DNA from: Erysipelothrix inopinata
GTDB lineage: Bacteria; Bacillota_I; Bacilli_A; Erysipelotrichales; Erysipelotrichaceae
Assembly (NCBI RefSeq): GCF_014396165.1
Contig: NZ_CP060715.1
Location: forward strand, 720,001-752,000
Length of the DNA: 32,000 nucleotides
Direction of reading: 5' to 3'
Shown: positions 20,315-29,132 of the stretch, piece after piece
Layout of the letters: each line of letters begins with the position of its first letter
Numbering within the stretch: the first letter of the stretch is position 1
Position numbers and translations under genes: made by a program
The notes under the pieces: generated by a model
What the model was told of the DNA's origin: nothing
The model's input: only the letters and a program-made list of their open reading frames with translations
The model's database searches: none

Positions 20315-23300
20315 ATGTGTCCAATAATACCAGAATACAAAGAACTAAATTCTCAGCAAGAAAGTCAAATGTGGAATACAATTTCATCGGATAAATATGA
20401 TTGGGAGGATAATTACTTAGAAAAAAGATTGTTAGGTCTACTACCATCTGAGAGACATTTTTTTAATGACAGAAATCAACAACTATCAAAATCTCATCAA
20501 GAACAAAATCGTATTGTGGATGAGATAAATCAAAACATTGGAAGAATAAATCGAAATCTAAAGGAGAATTTCAATCAGTACGTTAGATCGGTAAGTAATC
20601 TATACTCAAAGTTGTATTCTTACAAAGACGTTAAAGAAGACTACTCAAACGAAGAAGTTATAAATGAAGCTTTAAAGTTTAATAAAGTATTTTTGATTAC
20701 AGGTGTAGGTGGAATTGGTAAAAGTGAGTATATGTTTGAACTATCCCAAAAAATAAACGAGTATGGATTTGAGGTATTAACGGTTTATGGAAAGTATATT
20801 GAGCAGATATCAAGTGCAGTATTTAACGAAATTATAAAAATTTCAGAAGAGAAGAGATTTTTTCTTTTAGTTGATGCAATTAATGAATTAAGTGATGAAA
20901 CAAGATTACAAGTTTTAGAGTTTATTGATAAAAACGAGGGAAATATGAATTTACGCATCATACTAACCTATAGAGATTATTCACTCCCTAAACACGAAAT
21001 TGATTCCATAAAGTCAAAGGTAACTGATTTAGAAATTTTTAGTGGTGTTTCGAGCGAAGATGCGATTGAAAAGATATCTGAAAAGTACAATCTTGATTTA
21101 ACTATGCACGAGCATTTTATTGTTAATAACAATCCATATCATTATTCACTAGCAATTAAAGTGCTGTCAAAAAATTTCTTAGTTAATCCAGACAGAAAAC
21201 CTCTCATTAAAGGTACTCATCTTTATGAGAAGATGATTCAAATATCTTTAGGTAAACCAAGGTGGTCTCAGACAAAAAAAGTAATTATGGAAATGATTTC
21301 AATAAACAGTAAAGTTCTAACATTCACTCAGCTAAAAGAGATTTTAGGTGGTGAATTTAGTAGATATATAATTGAGATGGGACAGAAAAATTTCATTGTG
21401 ACTTATAGTGATAAAGAAAATCAATACATTCTTTTTAAAAATGAATCTCTTTGCGACTATCTGATCGCAAGAAGTATTATGGGGAAAATTAAGGAACTCA
21501 CTTCAGATGAAAGCGTTAAACTACTCAAGCAGCTATTAATCAATTTCCACTCGGTAAGTAGAGCCTTGATAATTATGATATTTGAAAAATGTGAAAATGA
21601 AATTAATGATGCATTGTTCATTATTATGGAGACTGGTTTGATTGAATCGTTAACTTTAGACATGTTTAACGAATTAGAATTAAGCGCAGAAAACATGAGA
21701 ATAATTAAAGATAGGTTAACTCACAATATGACCGTGAAAGATTTAATCCGAGAAATTGGTGGATATCACTCAAATCCATTTAATTGTGTAAATCATATTA
21801 ATATGCAATTGTTTGAAGATGCAAATAGTGTATATAGTTTGGAATATCAAAGATATGAAGTTAGCTCGATTCGTTCGAGACTTAAAATATGGATTAGAAG
21901 CATTGTTAGGTATGAATATTCAAGTATATATATAGAAGAAAAGTTCTGGTTTGCATTTTGGATAAGCTCATTACCTAACGGAAATATTAGATACTTAGCA
22001 AGAAAATTAATATTTGAAGTGGCAAAATTAAACAGTGAATATTGCGATGTTCTAATTGATTCATATTTTAGAGTGGAAGATGATTATATTAAAGAAGGAA
22101 TAATTCATGTTCTCAGTTCTTTGGAAAAAGACAATAAAAAAATTGTTGAATTTTTTCAACAAATCAATAATGAAACCCTACTAAACATCAATTGCATTCA
22201 GTGGATTCAATTATATCTTTACGGATATAAGAGATTAACTAATGAAACTAAAATAGATATAAGTGAATTCAGAGATAAGCAAAATGATGATACAATATTC
22301 GATTTCCTATCAGTGGTTGGTTTTGATTTTAAGTACGATTACAGATTGCTAAATATGGACGTCTATAATATTGATAAATACAACATACATTTCAGAACAC
22401 AGTTCTTAAGTGAAGATAAAGTGAAGATTAATAAAATACACCAAGAAGTTCATAAAAAGATGAGATTGAATGATCTTGATTTTTTAAAAAGATATGTATC
22501 AAATAATAAAGTAAAGGAGTACTATTCAGAAAGTGGAATTACTGAACAATTGGTAGACTCTTACGATATATATTTGTCTTGGCAGTATTTGTTTAAGTAT
22601 TTTTTAAATAAATATCATATTGATCTACACGATATTGAGAAAAAAAGAGTTTTTGAGTCTGATATGAAAAATAATCTTTATAAAGCTTTAGATTTATCAA
22701 TTTCTAATTTAGAAGGTTCTTTGGCATGTAATTATTACTTAAATACGTTTGACAAATATAACGAAAGAGAATTGTGTTTTGATTCATATGAAAACGATGT
22801 ATATAATGAGTCAGTAGTTTTATACTATCCAATTAGTGTTTATAATGAAGAAATCGATAGTTTGGATAAAAAAATCATAAAAAAAATATATATACCTAAG
22901 ATAAAAACAGATGAGTGGGCAGAAGATTTCAAATTATCTATCGCTAACTTCAGAGAATTAATAGCTCCCGTTAAGTTTAAAGGTGAAGAATGGAGGCTGA
23001 TATATGGAAGTATTAAAAGAAGAGAAAAAGATAAAAAAAGCGGCAAATTAGTATGGAGTGATGAATATATACTAAACTTGGCGGTCGATGAAAAATATAC
23101 ACTTTCAAATAATCCTTCAAATGATAGAATGTATACCATAGAAACTCCGACGATTAATGATGATGTTATTAATATAAGTATATACGACACTTCAAGGACA
23201 TGTAGTCTCAGAAGTACCAATGAGTTTAGAAATGAGTTTGTCGAAACAAATTTCAATGTTCCTTCGACTAGATTAGTAAAAATATTTGATCTTAAGTACA

Positions 23301-23686
23301 GCTTACATAATAACTCGTGGAAGAATAATAGTGGTGAGGATGTGATTCTTGTTAATAATAATAAAAGTTATTGGTATAATGATGGAATAACTGGGTCTTT
23401 GTTTATGAAAGATAAATATTTTAAGGTTCTTGAAAAAAAATGCAAATTGAAATATTTTGGTTTCTGTGAGCGTTTTTATGGCGATAAAGGATATAATAAT
23501 GAATCAGCACTTCAAATTGAGTTATACTTGGATGGAACTGAAAATTACTATAAACATTATGAAAGGCCGAATAGAGATAAACCAAATCTTCCAAATAGTA
23601 AACAAAATAGACAGGAAGGCATCGATGATAACCAAATGGAAGAATATTATAAAAAATTAAATGATTTGGAGTATACAAATGAATAA
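20315..23686 (+). CDS. Large NACHT/STAND-like P-loop NTPase (1123 aa) with no recognisable effector domain
   Basis: Walker A is GVGGIGKS (aa 130-137, nt 20702-20725). Walker B is FFLLVDAINE (D187), followed by RIILTYRD (aa 214-221). YILFKNESLCDYLIARSI (aa 371-388) is a winged-helix-like patch. SD is GGAAAGGAAGTGA. Confidence 0.7.
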   Translation: MCPIIPEYKELNSQQESQMWNTISSDKYDWEDNYLEKRLLGLLPSERHFFNDRNQQLSKSHQEQNRIVDEINQNIGRINRNLKENFNQYVRSVSNLYSKLYSYKDVKEDYSNEEVINEALKFNKVFLITGVGGIGKSEYMFELSQKINEYGFEVLTVYGKYIEQISSAVFNEIIKISEEKRFFLLVDAINELSDETRLQVLEFIDKNEGNMNLRIILTYRDYSLPKHEIDSIKSKVTDLEIFSGVSSEDAIEKISEKYNLDLTMHEHFIVNNNPYHYSLAIKVLSKNFLVNPDRKPLIKGTHLYEKMIQISLGKPRWSQTKKVIMEMISINSKVLTFTQLKEILGGEFSRYIIEMGQKNFIVTYSDKENQYILFKNESLCDYLIARSIMGKIKELTSDESVKLLKQLLINFHSVSRALIIMIFEKCENEINDALFIIMETGLIESLTLDMFNELELSAENMRIIKDRLTHNMTVKDLIREIGGYHSNPFNCVNHINMQLFEDANSVYSLEYQRYEVSSIRSRLKIWIRSIVRYEYSSIYIEEKFWFAFWISSLPNGNIRYLARKLIFEVAKLNSEYCDVLIDSYFRVEDDYIKEGIIHVLSSLEKDNKKIVEFFQQINNETLLNINCIQWIQLYLYGYKRLTNETKIDISEFRDKQNDDTIFDFLSVVGFDFKYDYRLLNMDVYNIDKYNIHFRTQFLSEDKVKINKIHQEVHKKMRLNDLDFLKRYVSNNKVKEYYSESGITEQLVDSYDIYLSWQYLFKYFLNKYHIDLHDIEKKRVFESDMKNNLYKALDLSISNLEGSLACNYYLNTFDKYNERELCFDSYENDVYNESVVLYYPISVYNEEIDSLDKKIIKKIYIPKIKTDEWAEDFKLSIANFRELIAPVKFKGEEWRLIYGSIKRREKDKKSGKLVWSDEYILNLAVDEKYTLSNNPSNDRMYTIETPTINDDVINISIYDTSRTCSLRSTNEFRNEFVETNFNVPSTRLVKIFDLKYSLHNNSWKNNSGEDVILVNNNKSYWYNDGITGSLFMKDKYFKVLEKKCKLKYFGFCERFYGDKGYNNESALQIELYLDGTENYYKHYERPNRDKPNLPNSKQNRQEGIDDNQMEEYYKKLNDLEYTNE

Positions 23687-23861
23687 GCTAAATGATCGAA
23701 TTTAACTTGAATAATAAATTGAAAGCAAACAAAAAAGAAATTGCAGAGAAACGCCCTTATCTTTTTTGTGCATTCAATTCATGTGGAGACACTCGCATTA
23801 CTTGCATCTATATTTTTATAGAAATAAACCAAAGTAGTAAATCTCAAGAGAGGTTATTATA

Positions 23862-24437
23862 ATGATCATATACGTGACTAAAAAAACAGTTGATAGATTT
23901 AACATGGAAATAATGGAAACCTTAAGTGATAATTCAAAAGATGAAGCACAAAGAATAGTAAGTGCGGAAAGTTGCAATAAAATGCACGAATGGGGCACAA
24001 AGATATTCTATTTTGAAAAACGAAAGTGTATTCAACTCGTACATTTTGCAACGAAATTCACTCTTATATTAGTAGATATAAAGGTCTCCGATTTGGAACA
24101 CTTGAGAGAGCTAATTCTTCATTATTTACTAACTTTATATACAAATGATGAGAAAATGCAGCTATGTATTTATCGAATGCTTTCTGAATGTCCTGAATTA
24201 GTCTATGCAAAGTTAACAGACAAACGAATCATTTCAACACTAAACCGGACACAACTCGATTTCTTATTGGATGGTTATAGATTGTATGACTACATTGAAA
24301 ATGGTATTCTCGTAACTATGAAACTAAATGAAGATATGAATTTTAAGTGGTTGGTGACAGAAACTATTGAAAAGAAAACAGACTACTTTTTTGCAGGAGA
24401 AAAGTTCAAGGGGGTAATGATGGCTAATTATGGATGA
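23862..24437 (+). CDS. Hypothetical protein (191 aa), possibly the DUF6933-like family
   Basis: ORF with SD AGAGAGG. The pattern MIIYVTKK...W..K.FYF.KRKC.QLVH..T.F..IL....SDL..L.ELI resembles a conserved Firmicute family as I recall it. This is unverified. Confidence 0.5.
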   Translation: MIIYVTKKTVDRFNMEIMETLSDNSKDEAQRIVSAESCNKMHEWGTKIFYFEKRKCIQLVHFATKFTLILVDIKVSDLEHLRELILHYLLTLYTNDEKMQLCIYRMLSECPELVYAKLTDKRIISTLNRTQLDFLLDGYRLYDYIENGILVTMKLNEDMNFKWLVTETIEKKTDYFFAGEKFKGVMMANYG

Positions 24438-25074
24438 GTACACTGATTTAAACATTGATAAAAAACCAAAAGAGACCTTGTTGAGTGAAATAAACAGTTA
24501 TAAAAAAGAAATAGAAAATAATAAAATTTTATTAGAGAAACCAAATAAATATAGTGAAGATGAGTTCTGAAAAAGAATTATTGAGATAGAAATGTTAGCT
24601 GAGAAAATGCAAGATGCAATCGTTTCGTTTAAAAAAGCAGGCGGAATCTATGAACAATCAAAACTAGAACGAAAATCCTCAGAATTTGACAGAAATCTAA
24701 AGTATATTTATAAATTGATATTTTCAATCGGTGGATTCTTATCAGGATATAAAAATTATATAATTATAGTAGGCAAAGAAGAAGATTCGGATATTGAAGA
24801 AGGTGACTCTGAGAATAGAATACCTTTTGAAAACTCAATAGAAATAAAATCTTACAGAGACAAAGCATTTCTTGATGAATTAAAAGAAATAAAAATTGGT
24901 GAGTGGAGAAACAGTTACACTACCGAAAGATTTGGTTATACGATATACGATGGAACACAGTGGGAACTTGAAATATATTATTGCAATGCAAAGGGCCCAA
25001 TTAGATTTTCAGGGAGTAACTCCTATCCCTATAATTTTAATAAATTTTTAGAATTGTTAAAAGAAGTAGAATAG
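24430..25074 (+). pseudogene. Unknown-function gene interrupted by a single in-frame TGA (46-aa N-terminal piece plus the 160-aa track ORF)
   Basis: The ATG at 24430 overlaps the upstream stop (ATGGATGA) and reads 46 codons to the TGA at 24568-24570. The track ORF 24592-25074 is in the same frame. Only 7 sense codons separate the stop from the next ATG. Confidence 0.5.
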
Positions 25075-25135
25075 TATAAATATCGGAAGAAATTAAAGTA
25101 TAATTAAAAACGATTAAACAATTTGAGGTGATGTT

Positions 25136-26539
25136 ATGAATAGAAACACATGCCCAACAGAAGTGTTGGAAGTCACAATCGATACGATTGAAGAAAATGG
25201 TTATGGGTATGCAAAATATACTCATGCACCTACAACAGGTTCACAAGGAAAAAGATTGAACCTCTTTATAAAAAATGTTGTACCTGGAGATGTCGTAAAA
25301 GTGACAGTTCCCAATGCACAAGGACGAAGAAAAGCTACTTTATCCTACGACGAACTTTTAAAACCAGGGCCAACTCGTAATCTGGATATTTCCACAGATG
25401 AATCTGTATCCGGTGGTGCACCTTTGCAGTATATGAAATATGAGAATCAACTTGAATTTAAAGAAAACATGGTTAAACATCATCTTGAAAATAATGGATT
25501 TGATACAAGTGTGGTTAAACCAATCATCGGCATGGAAAATCCATATCGTTATCGAAATAAGATGGAGCTAACATTTGGACCCAATGGTGAATTAGGAATG
25601 ACACAACAAGGGAATTTCCGTAAGGTTATTGATTTGCAGGATTCATTACTGATGCCAGAAATTATGGTTGATGTGAAAAATGTTGTCAGTGAATGGCAGG
25701 AAAAGTACAAACTTTCGGGATATAATAAAGAAACAGAAGAAGGATTATTAAGAAATCTTATGATGCGTATGTCCTTTACAACGGATGAATTGATGTTGGT
25801 GTTTTATGCTACACAGTCTCCCGCAGCATACGAAGAAGAAGTAAGAGATCTTGTTGATTTACTGACAACGAAATTTGATAACCTCGTTAGTTTACAATGG
25901 ATTGAACATGCTGAAGCTGTAGAACGTATTCAAGCTGACGCAATTCACATCCTCCATGGAAGAGATTATCTCGTTGATGTTCTTAATGGCTTTAAGTACC
26001 GCATTTGGCCCGATACGTTTTTTCAAGCTAATCCAGTTCAAGCTGAGAAGTTGGTTGAATTAGCATTGGAAATGGCAGAAGTTAATGATCAAATGAAAAT
26101 GTTAGACCTCTTCTGTGGGGTTGGGACATTTAGTTTGCCTTTTGCTAAGAACAGTAAAGCTCTAGCAGGGATTGAAATTGTGGATAAATCAATTGAATCT
26201 GCAAGACGAAATGCTAAGGACAATGGACTGGAAAATACCTATTTTATGACAAGTGATGCGAGAAGTGGCCTTCCTAAATTGAAAGAAGAGTGGGGTCATC
26301 CTGATATACTATTACTCGATCCACCTCGTAGTGGTGCAGGGGGAAAAGTAATGAGAAGCATTGGACGTTTCGCAACTGACAAGATTATTTATGTTTCCTG
26401 TGCACCAAGAAGTTTAGCTGAAGATCTTGTATGGCTAAAGGAGTTTGGGTATAACATTGTGACTGTTCAACCAGTGGATCAGTTTCCACATACTGCACAT
26501 GTAGAAACTGTAGTTCTGTTATCAAAGAATAATATGTAA
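25136..26539 (+). CDS. TRAM-domain RNA (uracil-5-)-methyltransferase, RumA/RlmCD family (paralogue 2)
   Basis: A TRAM-like N-terminus, then RYRNK, FFQAN, motif I LDLFCGVGTFSL, DPPRSG and the catalytic VSCAPRSLAED. SD is GAGGTGA. Confidence 0.85.
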   Translation: MNRNTCPTEVLEVTIDTIEENGYGYAKYTHAPTTGSQGKRLNLFIKNVVPGDVVKVTVPNAQGRRKATLSYDELLKPGPTRNLDISTDESVSGGAPLQYMKYENQLEFKENMVKHHLENNGFDTSVVKPIIGMENPYRYRNKMELTFGPNGELGMTQQGNFRKVIDLQDSLLMPEIMVDVKNVVSEWQEKYKLSGYNKETEEGLLRNLMMRMSFTTDELMLVFYATQSPAAYEEEVRDLVDLLTTKFDNLVSLQWIEHAEAVERIQADAIHILHGRDYLVDVLNGFKYRIWPDTFFQANPVQAEKLVELALEMAEVNDQMKMLDLFCGVGTFSLPFAKNSKALAGIEIVDKSIESARRNAKDNGLENTYFMTSDARSGLPKLKEEWGHPDILLLDPPRSGAGGKVMRSIGRFATDKIIYVSCAPRSLAEDLVWLKEFGYNIVTVQPVDQFPHTAHVETVVLLSKNNM

Positions 26540-26561
26540 ACATAAATTTAAGGATAAGTTT

Positions 26562-26711
26562 ATGAGCGTCCTAACAATAGCGAGTCAAAATTCTAAAGAA
26601 AGAGGTTACGATTACTATGTACGTGACCAAGTCCGCGAAGTTTTAAAATCAAATGAAACTGAAGCATATGCAGTTGTAAATGGTAGCGGCATGAATCTTT
26701 TTGACTTGTGA
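26562..26711 (+). pseudogene. Truncated N-terminal fragment (49 codons) of a SWIM-zinc-finger/SNF2-associated type protein
   Basis: MSVLTIASQNSKERGYDYYVRDQVREVLKSNETEAYAVVNGSG matches the N-terminal (E/Q)RGYDYY..G.V......Y.A.V.GS pattern that I recall from SWIM-domain proteins. It stops after 49 codons and no SWIM CxC...CxH follows. Confidence 0.4.
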
Positions 26712-26815
26712 ATATATATGAATGTGAATGAGTATTTTTAGATACGAAAGTTGTAATAATTATGAATCTTGTATCGACATCAATATAATAATATAAATGA
26801 TATGGGAGAGTAGAA

Positions 26816-27325
26816 ATGATCACATTGAAGAGTGTTAATGCAAATAATATTAATGACATAATTGAACTTGAAGTTAATGAAAATCAAGAGAAATTTCTTG
26901 AAACATCTGTTTTAAAAAGTATCGGAGATGCACTGGAGATGAATATGGATGGAACTCCAGCAGTCCCACTTGCAATATATAAAGATACAAAAATAATAGG
27001 GTTTATAATGTATATTTATGATGTTTTAGATCACGAAGATTTTCAAGGAAAAGAGTTCTACAACCAAAACACATATTTTATCTGGCATTTCGTAATTGAT
27101 AAAAGATTCCAAGGATTAGGTTATGGTAGGGATACTCTAGTCGAGTTTGATAAACTAATTAAAACCTATCCTAACGGTCCGTCTGATAATATAGTTCTTT
27201 TCTTCCATTCTGATAACGAGATAGCAAGAAATCTTTACAGATTACTGGGGTATAAAGAAACATCAATTACAATGGACAATTCAACGATGTTAATAAAAAA
27301 ATTGAATGAAACATTCACAGAGTGA
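26816..27325 (+). CDS. GNAT family N-acetyltransferase (diamine/spermidine acetyltransferase-like)
   Basis: RFQGLGYGR is the acetyl-CoA motif and NEIARNLYRLLGY is also present. SD is GGGAGAG. Confidence 0.75.
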   Translation: MITLKSVNANNINDIIELEVNENQEKFLETSVLKSIGDALEMNMDGTPAVPLAIYKDTKIIGFIMYIYDVLDHEDFQGKEFYNQNTYFIWHFVIDKRFQGLGYGRDTLVEFDKLIKTYPNGPSDNIVLFFHSDNEIARNLYRLLGYKETSITMDNSTMLIKKLNETFTE

Positions 27326-27610
27326 TTTATATATTGTGTATTGTGCGGTTTATGGAGATTGTTTTTATTCCAATCGATAATTCGGTAATAACGTACTGAT
27401 TTTTTAAAATAGTGAAGTTGCTGAAAATATGATTGATTAATAATTTTAGTCAATTATACAAGTCCCAATCCGATTTAGTTTAATTAGCATCTAACAATCC
27501 AGGTTAATTAGTAATAGGTCGTCTAAATAATTTATTGATACTGCTCATGTTGAAACAGTGGTATTACTCGAAAAGCAGTAACGGGTTTCTGATTTAAGTG
27601 CAAATGTATT

Positions 27611-29132
27611 GTTAGTGTCAAATAAGTGGGGGAAAATAATGGTTTCTTTAATTTCTGCTGATATGTGCCTTAAGCCATCTTGAACTCGAGGATTTATCGT
27701 AAGCATTTCGTTGTTCGAACATCGAGAAGTCATATTTGGCTTCTTTTTGTTTTATACTTTTAGGATCTATTGAATCTAAATATAAGTTTCTAATATCGAT
27801 ATGGTTAAGGAATAAGTTTCTTAGATTAAGATAAGCATTTAAATTTTCTTTGCAGTATCCCTTAGGTCTATTTGAGTATATAGAAGCGAGATTATGACTG
27901 ATAGCTGACTCCATACTACAACCTATTTTCAAGCCGTTGTAGCTGTACTGTATCGCAAGAGTATTGCGTAGTATATAATTACATTTTTCTTCTATTGTTT
28001 TTTGACGATTTGATTGTTCTGTACCATCTATCAAGGTTTGAATGATTTGATTAAAGGTTTCAGTATTTCCGTTAATTATATTGGAGGCGAGGATTTCTTT
28101 TGTAGGTTTATCTGTGGTGATATGATTAAGTGCTTGTTTAAAGTGAAACTTATCAAGGGCAAAGCTACTATGAGAAAATTCACGAGTTCCTGACTTAATC
28201 CATAAAGCACCATCTCCGAGTATGGTAATATTCTTGATTTTATCCATATCATACGTGATTGATAAGAGGTCATATACACTATTCCAGAAATTACTTTCAG
28301 TTCCTGAATAAACCATTTTATTAATCAATTGACGGCGCTTCTGAGGTCCTTTTATACCTTCAAAAATTACAGCTGACTTGACCATGACAGACTGAGATTC
28401 ATTACGTTGCATATGAACATACTTTTCATCGGCCATGATGTATAAGTGACTTGGTGTAGGCTTAGGCTCACAAAGTTCAGACAGTGACGGCAAGGGACGT
28501 TTAACGGTATTATAAACTGTTTGTCTTGATATACGATAATGTTCACGATGCTGAGACGTTGAGAAAGAAGAAAAGATTCTGTCACCAATCTGCTCTCCGA
28601 CTTTAATCATTGAATTTTGATTCGCAAAAGTCTCCACAATCATGCACTTTACGCATGGGTCATAGCGATCATATTTAGGTAAACCTAGTTTGCGATCGAC
28701 ATAGATAAAGGTTTTTCCTGTAGTCTTATCTTTGTAGATAGTTCGTTTAAACTTCACGACTCCAAATACAGTAATAAGGGTGCGTTCACGTGTTTGGTGA
28801 ACATAGTAATCTCTTTTACGAAGTGCGGAATTCTTAAATTTTAAATCAAGAAGTTCAAAGTTTTGAACAAGATAGTCACAAGCAGCAATGCGAAGCCATT
28901 CTGAAGTATGTTCAATAAACTGAGAGTAATTACGGATCGTAAATTCTTGATTGGTAGGTTCTAAAAGGTAATTCGTTGATTCCTGGATAGACACAAATAA
29001 ATTTTTTAAGGTGTTGGATAATTCAAATTGTGGTAAAATAGTCATGGCGATAGCTCACTTTCTAATAGTTTGTAGTAAAACCATTATAAGCGAGTTATCG
29101 CTTTTTGTATTCCCCCACCTATTTTACACAAT
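27611..29132 (-). mobile_element. ISLre2-family (UPF0236) insertion sequence, apparently intact
   Basis: A single 465-aa transposase ORF. The imperfect terminal inverted repeats are GTGTCAAATAAGTGGGGGAA (27615-27634) and TTCCCCCACCTATTTTACAC (29110-29129), matching 18/20. The flanking direct repeat CAAATGTATT sits at 27601-27610 and 29133-29142. Confidence 0.75.
27648..29045 (-). CDS. ISLre2/UPF0236 family transposase
   Basis: ERTLITVFGVVKFKRTIYKD...YVDRKLGL, LYIMADEKYV, ILGDGALWIK and LDKFHFKQAL match my recollection of ISLre2-type transposases. Confidence 0.75.
   Translation of the reverse strand: MTILPQFELSNTLKNLFVSIQESTNYLLEPTNQEFTIRNYSQFIEHTSEWLRIAACDYLVQNFELLDLKFKNSALRKRDYYVHQTRERTLITVFGVVKFKRTIYKDKTTGKTFIYVDRKLGLPKYDRYDPCVKCMIVETFANQNSMIKVGEQIGDRIFSSFSTSQHREHYRISRQTVYNTVKRPLPSLSELCEPKPTPSHLYIMADEKYVHMQRNESQSVMVKSAVIFEGIKGPQKRRQLINKMVYSGTESNFWNSVYDLLSITYDMDKIKNITILGDGALWIKSGTREFSHSSFALDKFHFKQALNHITTDKPTKEILASNIINGNTETFNQIIQTLIDGTEQSNRQKTIEEKCNYILRNTLAIQYSYNGLKIGCSMESAISHNLASIYSNRPKGYCKENLNAYLNLRNLFLNHIDIRNLYLDSIDPKSIKQKEAKYDFSMFEQRNAYDKSSSSRWLKAHISRN

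Noticed and set aside
23692-23862. A 56-codon sORF (MIEFNLNNKLKANKKEIAEKRPYLFCAFNSCGDTRITCIYIF...) whose TAA overlaps the ATG of the next gene (TAATG).
   Set aside because: The stop/start overlap is suggestive. However, there is no SD upstream of its ATG, the peptide is low-complexity with no motif, and an ORF of this size is common by chance in AT-rich DNA. It cannot be supported from sequence alone.
24568-24570. The in-frame TGA read as Trp (genetic code 4) or as selenocysteine.
   Set aside because: Well-supported genes in the window terminate at TGA, for example the AKR at 1361-1363 (followed by a second TGA) and the HNH gene at 18822-18824. The window therefore uses the standard code 11. 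I saw no SECIS-like hairpin directly downstream.
27326-27610. A 285-bp non-coding stretch between the GNAT gene and the IS, considered as a possible sRNA, riboswitch or gene remnant (weak TACTGCT...AGCAGTA pairing near 27537-27580).
   Set aside because: It holds only short stop-ridden frames. The pairing is short with a large loop and no T-run, and nothing in it can be supported by eye.
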